From: a virus
DNA: 64,000 nucleotides
Virus record (IMG/VR): IMGVR_UViG_3300020416_000002
Strand: one strand, 5' to 3'
Shown: in pieces, positions 38,022 through 46,302 of the stretch
Layout of the letters: each line of letters starts with the position of its first letter
Numbering within the stretch: position 1 is the stretch's first letter
Translations under genes and position numbers: made by a program
The notes under the pieces: model-generated
Seen by the model: the letters and a program-made list of their open reading frames with translations, nothing else
Databases searched by the model: none
What the model was told of the DNA's origin: nothing

Positions 38022-38686
38022 TTGAAAAATGCTACCTCCGTAAATCTAGTTTGCTCTTTAAATCTGTTGTCGTTGATAATTTGTCCGTGTGGAATGTGAC
38101 CAGGAAATACTACCATGCTATTAAACTTAGAGAGGATAGCAAGGTCTGGTGTAAACATAGATGAGTCCTTCCAAGGATTAGCATGCTCGGTTTCATTTTC
38201 TAACATCTCTTCTACCTCATCACTTGCTGGTAGATAGAACATCGTACCAGCATCTGAACCTACACTTGGATTCATGTATGTTAAACAGTTCAATAAACCA
38301 CCATCTACATGGGGTGTAAAGAATACATCATCGCCAGGATAATCTTCTACCAATCTAAATTGATTAAACTTTGATACTGGAGGATAATTTTCGTCCTTTT
38401 CTTTACAATAAAATTCTAAAATTTTATCATACAAATATGTTCTGCTAGTAATACATCTGTTATCTACTAGATGTTGTCCATCGTAAAATAACTTTCCATT
38501 CTTACTGGTAGGATCTGCCTCAGTTAGTTTGTGTGCTCTAATAGGACACTCTTTTAAATACTCATATACCTTGTGAGGTTTTTTGTAGATCTCATCAATG
38601 TGTAAAATAAGGTCGCCTCTATATGGAATGATAGCAACACCCCATGAGGTATTAAACTCAAAGTCTTCAATTGAATAAAATGACAT
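38018..38686 (-). CDS. 2OG-Fe(II) oxygenase (DUF6445-like)
   Basis: PHVD, GT, FN...FP...PHG, R. Confidence 0.75.
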   Translation of the reverse strand: MSFYSIEDFEFNTSWGVAIIPYRGDLILHIDEIYKKPHKVYEYLKECPIRAHKLTEADPTSKNGKLFYDGQHLVDNRCITSRTYLYDKILEFYCKEKDENYPPVSKFNQFRLVEDYPGDDVFFTPHVDGGLLNCLTYMNPSVGSDAGTMFYLPASDEVEEMLENETEHANPWKDSSMFTPDLAILSKFNSMVVFPGHIPHGQIINDNRFKEQTRFTEVAFFK

Positions 38687-38688
38687 GA

Positions 38689-39297
38689 TTACTTAAACAT
38701 GAATGTGTAGTTCACTCTACGATTTGCGTCACCCTCAATCATTGAAACGCCATTCGTTTTGTGAAAATATTTAGACTCAAAAATTGTTATCCTATTGTAG
38801 TTGTAAGGAACAAATCTTGGTGTGGCATTTGATTCTATTAAGTACTGATTAATTTTTTTAGAATCACTATTGTATTCACTCCATGTCCAATCATCAGGTG
38901 CCTTTTGATCATAGATTATCAATCCATTTTTCAATGTATCTTTTTGACAATCAAATGGAGTTACCCATAGGTTGACATTGATAGCAGCAGGATCAGCATG
39001 TGGAGTGACTCCAGATGCCTCATTATCATATACAAATGCCCACCCTCTGTCAAACTCTAGGTCATGTAGAGGAGAGAAGGCACCATGGATAGCATTTATA
39101 ACATCAGGTAAAACAGGAAATGGAAAGTTTTCTCTATCAAAATTTATAGAATGATATCCCCACTCAGAATAATCATCATCTTTGTACTGACAATTTAATG
39201 CAGACTGATGAAGTTCATTTACAACATCAGTGTATAAAAAATCATCAATAATTACATACCCATCTCTGAGTATTGTTTCACGAACTTGATCCATCAA
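38689..39297 (-). CDS. 2OG-Fe(II) oxygenase
   Basis: HAD.A..NVN.W.TP, NR...F.S..FH.T, RR.N.T. Confidence 0.8.
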   Translation of the reverse strand: MMDQVRETILRDGYVIIDDFLYTDVVNELHQSALNCQYKDDDYSEWGYHSINFDRENFPFPVLPDVINAIHGAFSPLHDLEFDRGWAFVYDNEASGVTPHADPAAINVNLWVTPFDCQKDTLKNGLIIYDQKAPDDWTWSEYNSDSKKINQYLIESNATPRFVPYNYNRITIFESKYFHKTNGVSMIEGDANRRVNYTFMFK

Positions 39298-39478
39298 TCT
39301 TAGGCAGAGTAGGTAAGGTATCTTTTAACATTCCTGATACTAATTTATCTTTTTTCATTGACAGTAAAACGATTTCTTTGAGTTTACTTTTTAACTCATC
39401 AATATTATCACAGTCATTAATTTCCCTCACAATTTTTTCGTATTCAAACTGTTGAGTTAAATCTAATTCCATGATCAA
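39278..39478 (-). CDS. nblA: NblA-like phycobilisome degradation adaptor
   Basis: LDLTQQFEYEK...I....L...L.....MKKDKLV..MLK resembles NblA LSLEQQF...M.KENL...LK; 66 aa. Confidence 0.55.
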   Translation of the reverse strand: MIMELDLTQQFEYEKIVREINDCDNIDELKSKLKEIVLLSMKKDKLVSGMLKDTLPTLPKIDGSSS

Positions 39479-40116
39479 TCCATTACTGATAGGTCTGCAC
39501 TATCTTTTCTATTGATAGTTTCTGGATGTTCGCACCATCTATTTATGTCATCCTGTCTAGCTGTTTTAACAGCAATACTAAACCTTTGGTAAGACTTAAA
39601 TGGGGATGCTCTATGTAAAATTTGTGAGGTAAATCTACATGTAGTATTCCATTCTGGAGGAACACCAATAATTTTTTTCTCTAGATAAAATTCTGTCCAT
39701 CCAGATTCTTCTATATCATAATCCCAATCATGAATAGGATAATATAAAAATGTGTTTTGATCTTGACCCTCATCAGCATCGTTATGAAAGTATGCTCTTT
39801 CATTAGGTGCGAATACATTAATATAGAGTCTGTAAATACCATACTTATCCCAGTAATTAGGATAGTGTTTACCAATAGCAGTGGTAATACAGTCAAAAAT
39901 TAATTTGTCATCACCAATAGTTGCGTCAGGTTTGTCGGCAAAGAACACATTGTGTACTAGACCTGTAGGTTTCCTAGGATCATGCTCATTCCCCTCATTG
40001 TCTGCCTCACCATACTTATAACTAGCAGTGGTGTGGCAGAAATCAGATACGAAGTTAGCAATGTCTGGTGGAAAAAAATTATCAACAACTTCAATTGTTG
40101 GTTTCTTTAATTTCAT
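39475..40116 (-). CDS. 2OG-Fe(II) oxygenase (prolyl hydroxylase-like)
   Basis: HND, G.TEF, LHRA, R.S.A.K. Confidence 0.8.
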   Translation of the reverse strand: MKLKKPTIEVVDNFFPPDIANFVSDFCHTTASYKYGEADNEGNEHDPRKPTGLVHNVFFADKPDATIGDDKLIFDCITTAIGKHYPNYWDKYGIYRLYINVFAPNERAYFHNDADEGQDQNTFLYYPIHDWDYDIEESGWTEFYLEKKIIGVPPEWNTTCRFTSQILHRASPFKSYQRFSIAVKTARQDDINRWCEHPETINRKDSADLSVMD

Positions 40117-40340
40117 GTGGGTTTATGATCTTTAAATTTGTCGTGATTACCATCACCAGGCATTTTACCATAGGCACAATATTCAATCGCTTGAATAGAA
40201 CCTTGTAGTCTATCTAGATCTTTTTGTACCTTTACATATTCTTCATATGCATCAAGCAATTCATCTGCCCTAGCAGATAGTTGTTTAGTTCGTTTATTAA
40301 AACGATCTAGTAATTGTTCAAAGTTTTCAGTTTGTTTCAT
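40113..40340 (-). CDS. Small coiled-coil hypothetical protein
   Basis: 75-aa ORF with heptad pattern. Confidence 0.65.
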   Translation of the reverse strand: MKQTENFEQLLDRFNKRTKQLSARADELLDAYEEYVKVQKDLDRLQGSIQAIEYCAYGKMPGDGNHDKFKDHKPT

Positions 40341-40521
40341 GTCCTAAAAAGTGTAGTACATCATTTCTAATTTCCATGAGTTCATGGTAGCATTTTTGAT
40401 TGTGGGCACAACCACGGAGGTCGTTATCAGGTTTTAAGACAGATTCAATGAACAATGATCTTGCTCTTGCAATCTTATCCTCCTTTGATTCATGTTCTCT
40501 CACTGTGTTTTGATCCTTCAT
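40327..40521 (-). CDS. Hypothetical protein
   Basis: KPD..LR.CAHNQ.C..EL motif. Confidence 0.7.
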   Translation of the reverse strand: MKDQNTVREHESKEDKIARARSLFIESVLKPDNDLRGCAHNQKCYHELMEIRNDVLHFLGHETN

Positions 40522-41759
40522 TTGTTAATGCCAGTGTCTGCGTAAGTGAAACCTTCATTAGGTTTACCGTCACCAAAAGTATAGGTATCACCTAGTTTGG
40601 GGATCTTAAGATCCCAACTAAAATACTGTCTTCCTTTTCTTGGTACGGTAACATCCCATCCATTATAAGTCATCACGCCACTCTGACTAGAAGTCACACA
40701 GTCTTCGACTGCATCCTCATCACCATCCCACATCCAATCAGTACATGCATCTACCGTAAGAATAGGAAGACTAGTATTGAATGATGTCATATGGAAAAAT
40801 GCATCATGCCATTTGTCAAAGATTTGCCAATCATAATCTTCCTCTTTACCTTTCCTACCATTAGTAGCATGGAAGATAATATTGAAACATCCCATCTGAT
40901 TAAAGATAGATGTAAGAGGACGCTGACCACCTTCTTGATAACCCCATAGATCATTACAGATCAAACCAGCAGCAAGTGGTTCTTGCCACCATTCATCCGA
41001 GTTAGCAACAGGAGTATCATCATGTGATAGTCTAACCATCACAACAGGATCATCCTTATCTCTCTTAAGAACATTTTCCAAAGGAGGATTAGGATGAGAT
41101 GCCTGTCTATCTAAAACTAAACTTTTATATGTACAACATGCCAATCTACCATTAGATTTGTAATGTCTAATTTCATTTCTAAAAACCTTTGATCCAAAAT
41201 ATTCTGTTTCAAAGAAATTAGTACCTAAATGTAGAGCAACTCCTGCCTTCTTTTGATGTGCCTCAACCTCTCTAAGGGCATCAGTAAGTTCATCTAATTT
41301 ATTTTCCCATCCACCTAACCATCCAGACAAAGATCCTTCTGGAGTTAGAAGATGATCTACATTATTTTCTTTTGCCCAATCAATAGCTTTAAAGATCTCT
41401 CTTTTATTAACTTGAATGTTAGTGCCTACTGGAATTTGAGCACCTGCCATCTTATATACTTCTCTAGTTTCTTGAGTATCAGCAGCAACACCAAATCCTT
41501 TCCAAGTTTGTTGATTGTAAAGTGGGTCTTCACCTATAACTTCTTTTACTTTTTCTGCATACTCTTTTTGTTCAGGAATAGCATCGTCAATTAAACCTTC
41601 CTCTGCTAATTTTTTGTAGTTATAGCAACCACCAAGGGGAGCAATCTTAGGTTCACTCTTAGATACGGGAGGGGTATATTCATACCCATACTTTTCTAAA
41701 CCCTCTTCAAATTCTTCGGGAGTAACATTACCTTCCCAATAATCTTTTTCATTAACCAT
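40518..41759 (-). CDS. Carbon-nitrogen hydrolase (nitrilase superfamily) with N-terminal extension
   Basis: Catalytic triad pattern TPEG.LSG / YK / LICNDLW. Confidence 0.75.
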   Translation of the reverse strand: MVNEKDYWEGNVTPEEFEEGLEKYGYEYTPPVSKSEPKIAPLGGCYNYKKLAEEGLIDDAIPEQKEYAEKVKEVIGEDPLYNQQTWKGFGVAADTQETREVYKMAGAQIPVGTNIQVNKREIFKAIDWAKENNVDHLLTPEGSLSGWLGGWENKLDELTDALREVEAHQKKAGVALHLGTNFFETEYFGSKVFRNEIRHYKSNGRLACCTYKSLVLDRQASHPNPPLENVLKRDKDDPVVMVRLSHDDTPVANSDEWWQEPLAAGLICNDLWGYQEGGQRPLTSIFNQMGCFNIIFHATNGRKGKEEDYDWQIFDKWHDAFFHMTSFNTSLPILTVDACTDWMWDGDEDAVEDCVTSSQSGVMTYNGWDVTVPRKGRQYFSWDLKIPKLGDTYTFGDGKPNEGFTYADTGINK

Positions 41760-42334
41760 TAAAAAAACCTCTCAATGTCTTCTAGTATAACACGATATAC
41801 TGTAGTATATCTATAAACATATTCGTTGAGGGGTCCTAGACCCCTATGTGGAAGAGTAGAATCAAATATAATAATTCTACCAGGTTTATATTCTATCTCC
41901 TCAACAACCTTAGCATCCTTTTCCATCGAATCCATAAGTTGAAACTGTCCACCCCATTCACTTTTCCATTGTGTATTGTTCATGACCATTACAGTTAAAC
42001 CTTCACCATCATTATGTGTTGTACCATTTTGTCCAAAGTACTGAAGATTTAGATCAATTCTTCTAAGGTAAGTAGGAACCTCAAAAAGATTTTCATCAAT
42101 GATCTCCCATGCATCAAAAAATATTGGAGCATCTGTATGTAATTTAGTAATTCTATTGCCGTTATCTCTTGAAAAAATATCAGTGCCAAATAATCTATGA
42201 CTTCCAATCAATCCCTGAGGGAATGACTGAGGGTTAGCAACATTGGTTGTATATACTGGGACTTCTAAGACTGTTTCCTCTAACTCACAGAGGAATTGCA
42301 TGTCAAATAAATCATCTACAATATGAGATATCAT
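41759..42334 (-). CDS. 2OG-Fe(II) oxygenase
   Basis: HND, W..EWGG, PGRIIIFD...PH, R. Confidence 0.82.
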   Translation of the reverse strand: MISHIVDDLFDMQFLCELEETVLEVPVYTTNVANPQSFPQGLIGSHRLFGTDIFSRDNGNRITKLHTDAPIFFDAWEIIDENLFEVPTYLRRIDLNLQYFGQNGTTHNDGEGLTVMVMNNTQWKSEWGGQFQLMDSMEKDAKVVEEIEYKPGRIIIFDSTLPHRGLGPLNEYVYRYTTVYRVILEDIERFF

Positions 42335-42357
42335 TTTGAATTATTATTATGTCATAT

Positions 42358-42386
42358 ATTATAAGACCCCTGACTGAATCAGTCAA
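42358..42386 (-). promoter_or_regulatory. Sigma70 promoter embedded in a hairpin
   Basis: TTGACT-N17-TATAAT within GACCCTTGACTG..CAGTCAGGGGTC. Confidence 0.65.
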
Positions 42387-42417
42387 GGGTCGGTGAACAT
42401 TTTTTAATCTTAACTAG

Positions 42418-42579
42418 TTAGGTTAGAATCTCCTTACAGATTTTTTTACAAGAGGAGTGATCATCTGCACAATCGATCAAGCAATCAAAGTAGTCGTTTA
42501 CTATTTCTGAGTCTAGTTTAGGCTCATCGATTTCAGACCATTCTGCTAATTGATTGAATGATAAGATATTGTGCTTCAT
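42418..42579 (-). CDS. Small four-cysteine protein (53 aa, not in track)
   Basis: MKHNILS...DYFDCLIDCADDHSSCKKICKEILT*; SD AAGGA; late CTAAATA upstream. Confidence 0.7.
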   Translation of the reverse strand: MKHNILSFNQLAEWSEIDEPKLDSEIVNDYFDCLIDCADDHSSCKKICKEILT

Positions 42580-42714
42580 GATATCCTTCTTTAACTGGAC
42601 AATAACAAAGAGAGTTTCAGGTCATCTTGTTAACCTTAATTCTACCACTATTTAGTATAGAAATTTCAAAAAATGGCATTTCTGTGACAAAAATTTATGC
42701 CTACTAGTTTATAC

Positions 42715-43374
42715 TTATCCACCTGCAATTTTTTCAATAACCTGTTCCCAATCTGCATCAAACAGTTCTAATCCTTTATCAGTAAGAACATGCTTGTACA
42801 TCTTGTCAAGCACAGAAGGAGGGAGAGTACAGATGTCTGCACCTGCATCAAAACAACGACCGACTGTGTGTGCTTCACGAATAGATGCTGCTAACACTTG
42901 AGTTTTTACAAACTGTTCTTTGTATACACTACAAATAGTTTGAACTAGTGCAACTCCAGAAAATGAATTGTCATTAAGTCTTCCTACAAATGGAGAAACA
43001 TATGTTGCACCTGCCTTTGCTGCAAGGATTGCTTGTACTACTGAGAAAATAAGAGTGACATTGACCTTAATACCATTCTCAGAAAGTTTTTTACAAGCAT
43101 ACAATCCTTCAGGACTACAAGGCACTTTGATTGTTGCTTGAGCACCAAATTTTTTAGAGAGTCTCAATCCCTCTTTCAGCATATCATCTGCATTTCCTAC
43201 AACTTCCATACTGATATCAGGAATACCAATATCAATAAGTTCTTGGTATACCTCCTCAGGATCTCTGCCACTCTTTCTAATAAGAGTAGGGTTAGTTGTT
43301 ACACCATCAACCAAACCAGTCTCGTAATGTTTACTGATGATTGAGGTGTCTGCTGTGTCTAGAAAAATTTTCAT
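42715..43374 (-). CDS. talC: Transaldolase
   Basis: IFLDTA, GVTTNP, IKVP, NVTLIFS, YVSPFVGR, LAASIR. Confidence 0.95.
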   Translation of the reverse strand: MKIFLDTADTSIISKHYETGLVDGVTTNPTLIRKSGRDPEEVYQELIDIGIPDISMEVVGNADDMLKEGLRLSKKFGAQATIKVPCSPEGLYACKKLSENGIKVNVTLIFSVVQAILAAKAGATYVSPFVGRLNDNSFSGVALVQTICSVYKEQFVKTQVLAASIREAHTVGRCFDAGADICTLPPSVLDKMYKHVLTDKGLELFDADWEQVIEKIAGG

Positions 43375-43805
43375 GTAAAGTAATCCTTTCGATAATACCT
43401 GCCTAGGATGTTGCTATTATAGTATGCAGGTGTTCCGTCTGTCAATGTTTCGGTTAGGACATTATTATAAAACAACTGTTTAGTTTCTTCAAAGTTTGTC
43501 TTGCCAATAGTGGCATGCAATGACATTATTTCTCGTTTAAAGATATTCTTTCCAAACTGTTTAATATCTTGTTTAAGTTCTGGACAAGATCCGTAGTACT
43601 TTTTCCAGTCACTCTCACTAGTGACTCTCCTACCACCACCTCTAGGCTTTCGTTTCTGGTAGAAATATTTTCTTCCGATGTATTGTTTACCTGTTTGAAT
43701 ATTAGTAATCCTGTAGACAAAACCGAACTGGTCGCCAATGTCATCAGAAGTAAAAGGTTTACCCTCATATATCCAGGCGTTTTCGTAAACTCCCTCTTCA
43801 ACCAT
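43371..43805 (-). CDS. GIY-YIG endonuclease (T4 EndoII-like)
   Basis: GFVY.ITN...GKQYIGRK, Y.GS, YYN.NI. Confidence 0.85.
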   Translation of the reverse strand: MVEEGVYENAWIYEGKPFTSDDIGDQFGFVYRITNIQTGKQYIGRKYFYQKRKPRGGGRRVTSESDWKKYYGSCPELKQDIKQFGKNIFKREIMSLHATIGKTNFEETKQLFYNNVLTETLTDGTPAYYNSNILGRYYRKDYFT

Positions 43806-43832
43806 TTCATAATTTTTATATCTTTCGTATAT

Positions 43833-44054
43833 TTATTCAGCATCCTCTTCCTCCTTTTTAGGAGTATATACCAATAACTCTTCACCATACCTTACACCCT
43901 CCATCTCAGGATGTGGTGCTGGTACTCTTGTTTTTTTAATTGGTTTGTCCATATCAGCAAGAGTGGAAGTCATCATCTTCCACATAAATGCGAAGGTAGC
44001 ACCGAACAACCCTACAAAAAATACAAGGTATATAAAAACTGTAACCTCATTCAT
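43833..44054 (-). CDS. Small membrane hypothetical protein
   Basis: TM helix plus HPEM...GEELLV. Confidence 0.7.
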   Translation of the reverse strand: MNEVTVFIYLVFFVGLFGATFAFMWKMMTSTLADMDKPIKKTRVPAPHPEMEGVRYGEELLVYTPKKEEEDAE

Positions 44055-44323
44055 TCAGTTTCGGATGTGTGACCATTTTCTTTACGGAGCATGCCTTCAG
44101 GATCAACCATGAATCCTTTGGGGATAGGTTTACAAACTTTGTCGGTATAACAATAGTAAGAACCTGCTTTACATTTTCCGTTTTGTTTTTCAGACTGTTC
44201 AAGAATATAGGATATCTCTGCACCATCTAGTTCATACATAATATCTCTTGCGTGATCACTATGATCTGCAATTCCTTCACTCATTAGATAGTCAAAAATA
44301 ATATTGTAGTAATGAGTATGCAC
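44051..44323 (-). CDS. Hypothetical protein
   Basis: DYL.SEG.A and CKAG.YYC..DK.CKPIP motifs. Confidence 0.55.
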   Translation of the reverse strand: MHTHYYNIIFDYLMSEGIADHSDHARDIMYELDGAEISYILEQSEKQNGKCKAGSYYCYTDKVCKPIPKGFMVDPEGMLRKENGHTSETE

Positions 44324-44338
44324 GACTTCAGTATTATA

Positions 44339-44566
44339 CTAAGTGTATTTATCTACATTACTATTGAACTCTTTGAAAGATGAGGTGCAACTAGGTGGTT
44401 CAGGGTCGGTATACCCATTCCTTTTCTTCCATTCGTTGTACATTGCTCCCATCATCCAAGATTGAGAAAGACTCTTAGGACCGTTCCTCAATAATTCTTC
44501 CTGTTTACCTGTGTAATAAGGTAAAGATTCTTCTCTCCAATTGGAGTCATCATAATCACTTGCCAT
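44339..44566 (-). CDS. Hypothetical protein
   Basis: Likely start MASDYDDSNWRE. Confidence 0.65.
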   Translation of the reverse strand: MASDYDDSNWREESLPYYTGKQEELLRNGPKSLSQSWMMGAMYNEWKKRNGYTDPEPPSCTSSFKEFNSNVDKYT

Positions 44567-45086
44567 AATGCATGTTCCTATCTTTGTTAGATGCCTTGGA
44601 TAGTTTAGCACCTCGTGTGCGTTTTTCACCAGTCTGTCCCGCACCCTGAGGATGCTTACCTGGTTTTTCTTTACCTAGATTTACTGACTTGCTTGGTTTT
44701 TTAGACTCAGTGTCATGCAACCTTGCAGGTTTGTTAGGTTTTTTAGTGATGACAGATTCCTGACCGTGTTTGCGTCCAAGACGACGCATCACTTTACCAA
44801 ACCTACGCTTGGACATTTTATCAGGTTTAGAAGTAGAGTAAGAAACTTCTCTACCTGTCTTACCATCATCGTATTTGTAACTGCCAGTAGATTTTTTATA
44901 TCCGATACCTTTTTTCTTAAGATCTTTCTCAAGACCTTTTCTTTTGGTACGGTTATCCGACTCAGAACTACCACGGTCAGCAGAAATGTGACCAGTAGTT
45001 TTGTTCTTTGCCTTGCTAAGTTGTCTGGCTAGACCCCCCTCGGTTAACTGAGAACATTCTAGCATAAAATCGGAATATGTCTTCAT
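44556..45086 (-). CDS. Basic late protein, probable internal head protein
   Basis: MKTYSDFMLE N-terminus, Lys-rich, late promoter CTAAATA at 45111-45117. Confidence 0.7.
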   Translation of the reverse strand: MKTYSDFMLECSQLTEGGLARQLSKAKNKTTGHISADRGSSESDNRTKRKGLEKDLKKKGIGYKKSTGSYKYDDGKTGREVSYSTSKPDKMSKRRFGKVMRRLGRKHGQESVITKKPNKPARLHDTESKKPSKSVNLGKEKPGKHPQGAGQTGEKRTRGAKLSKASNKDRNMHYGK

Positions 45087-45117
45087 ACCATGTGACAGTT
45101 ATCTAATTGGTATTTAG

Positions 45118-46302
45118 TTATAACTTGAATCCTGCAAAGGTATCCTTCTTCACATCCTGCTTGATACCACCAACAATATAAGACTCTACCTCTGTCTCTT
45201 GTGGAGCTACCTGCAATCCCTTAGAGGAGATCCAATGGTTTGTCCAAGGTAAAGGATTTGCTCTAATAGCAATATCATAGATGGGATCAAGACCGAGAGA
45301 TCTCATTCTCTTGTTAGCAATCCATTCAACATACTGGGACAAGAGTTTTTCATTAAGACCAATCATACTACCATCTTTAAAAAGATATTCTGCCCATGCC
45401 TTTTCCTCATGCACAGCGTTCTCAAATGCTTTGTACAACCAATCCTTCTCTTCTTTCATAATCTGTTGCATCTCAGGATCATCACCCTTCTGCCACTTAT
45501 TAATTATCGTTTGAGTAAGAGCAAGATGCTGGTTTTCGTCTCTGGCGATGAGAGAGATAATTTTAGCGGATCCCTCCATAAGTTTGAGTTCACCAAACGC
45601 AAACGAGCAAGCAAACGATACATAGAATCTAATACCCTCTAGAATATTTACATTGGCAACCGCTCTATAGAGATGTCTTTTGAGTTCACGCCTGTTCCAT
45701 TCTACTGATGGTGAACCACTAGAGGTGTCACTCCATTGACTGCTATTACCCCACTCCTGTGCATATTGTAGGAAATCATCATACGCACCAGTAACAGTAG
45801 CTGCTCGTTGAAGAATCCTATCATCGCTAAGAATAGTATCAAATACCTCAGCAGGATCTGAATAGATGTTTTTAATGATGTATGTATAGGAGCGACTATG
45901 AATCATCTCCATAGTTTGCCAAATATTCATACACCCTTCTAGTTCTGGTAAAGAACAATATGGTGCAAATGCCATGCCAGGTGCTCTACCTTGTACAGAA
46001 TCTAGCATGATCTGATACTTAAGGTTACTGGTATAGATATGTTTTTGTTCTGGACGCAAAGACTCATAGTCTGCACGATCCTTTTGGAGTGACACCTCCT
46101 CAGGTCTCCAAAAATATCCTAACATCTGTTGAGTTAATCTTTCAAAGACAGGATATTTGTATTCATCATATCTTTGGACACCAAGAGGTTGTCCTAAGAA
46201 CATTGGTTGTTTCTTAGTATCTACTTGGTCTGTATTAAAGACCGTCATACCCTTCACGGTAGACGGATTGCTATCGTTAAGTCTAAATTGCACAGGCATC
46301 AC
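45118..46302 (-). CDS. nrdB: Ribonucleotide reductase class Ia beta subunit
   Basis: FWRPEE, DSVQGR, E.IHSRSY, LEGIRFY.SF, RDE..H, APQE.E..SY. Confidence 0.97.
   Translation of the reverse strand: MMPVQFRLNDSNPSTVKGMTVFNTDQVDTKKQPMFLGQPLGVQRYDEYKYPVFERLTQQMLGYFWRPEEVSLQKDRADYESLRPEQKHIYTSNLKYQIMLDSVQGRAPGMAFAPYCSLPELEGCMNIWQTMEMIHSRSYTYIIKNIYSDPAEVFDTILSDDRILQRAATVTGAYDDFLQYAQEWGNSSQWSDTSSGSPSVEWNRRELKRHLYRAVANVNILEGIRFYVSFACSFAFGELKLMEGSAKIISLIARDENQHLALTQTIINKWQKGDDPEMQQIMKEEKDWLYKAFENAVHEEKAWAEYLFKDGSMIGLNEKLLSQYVEWIANKRMRSLGLDPIYDIAIRANPLPWTNHWISSKGLQVAPQETEVESYIVGGIKQDVKKDTFAGFKL

Noticed and set aside
42418-42579. CP12 call for the four-Cys protein near talC
   Set aside because: Lacks the CP12 C-terminal C...P...EC..YDD pattern.
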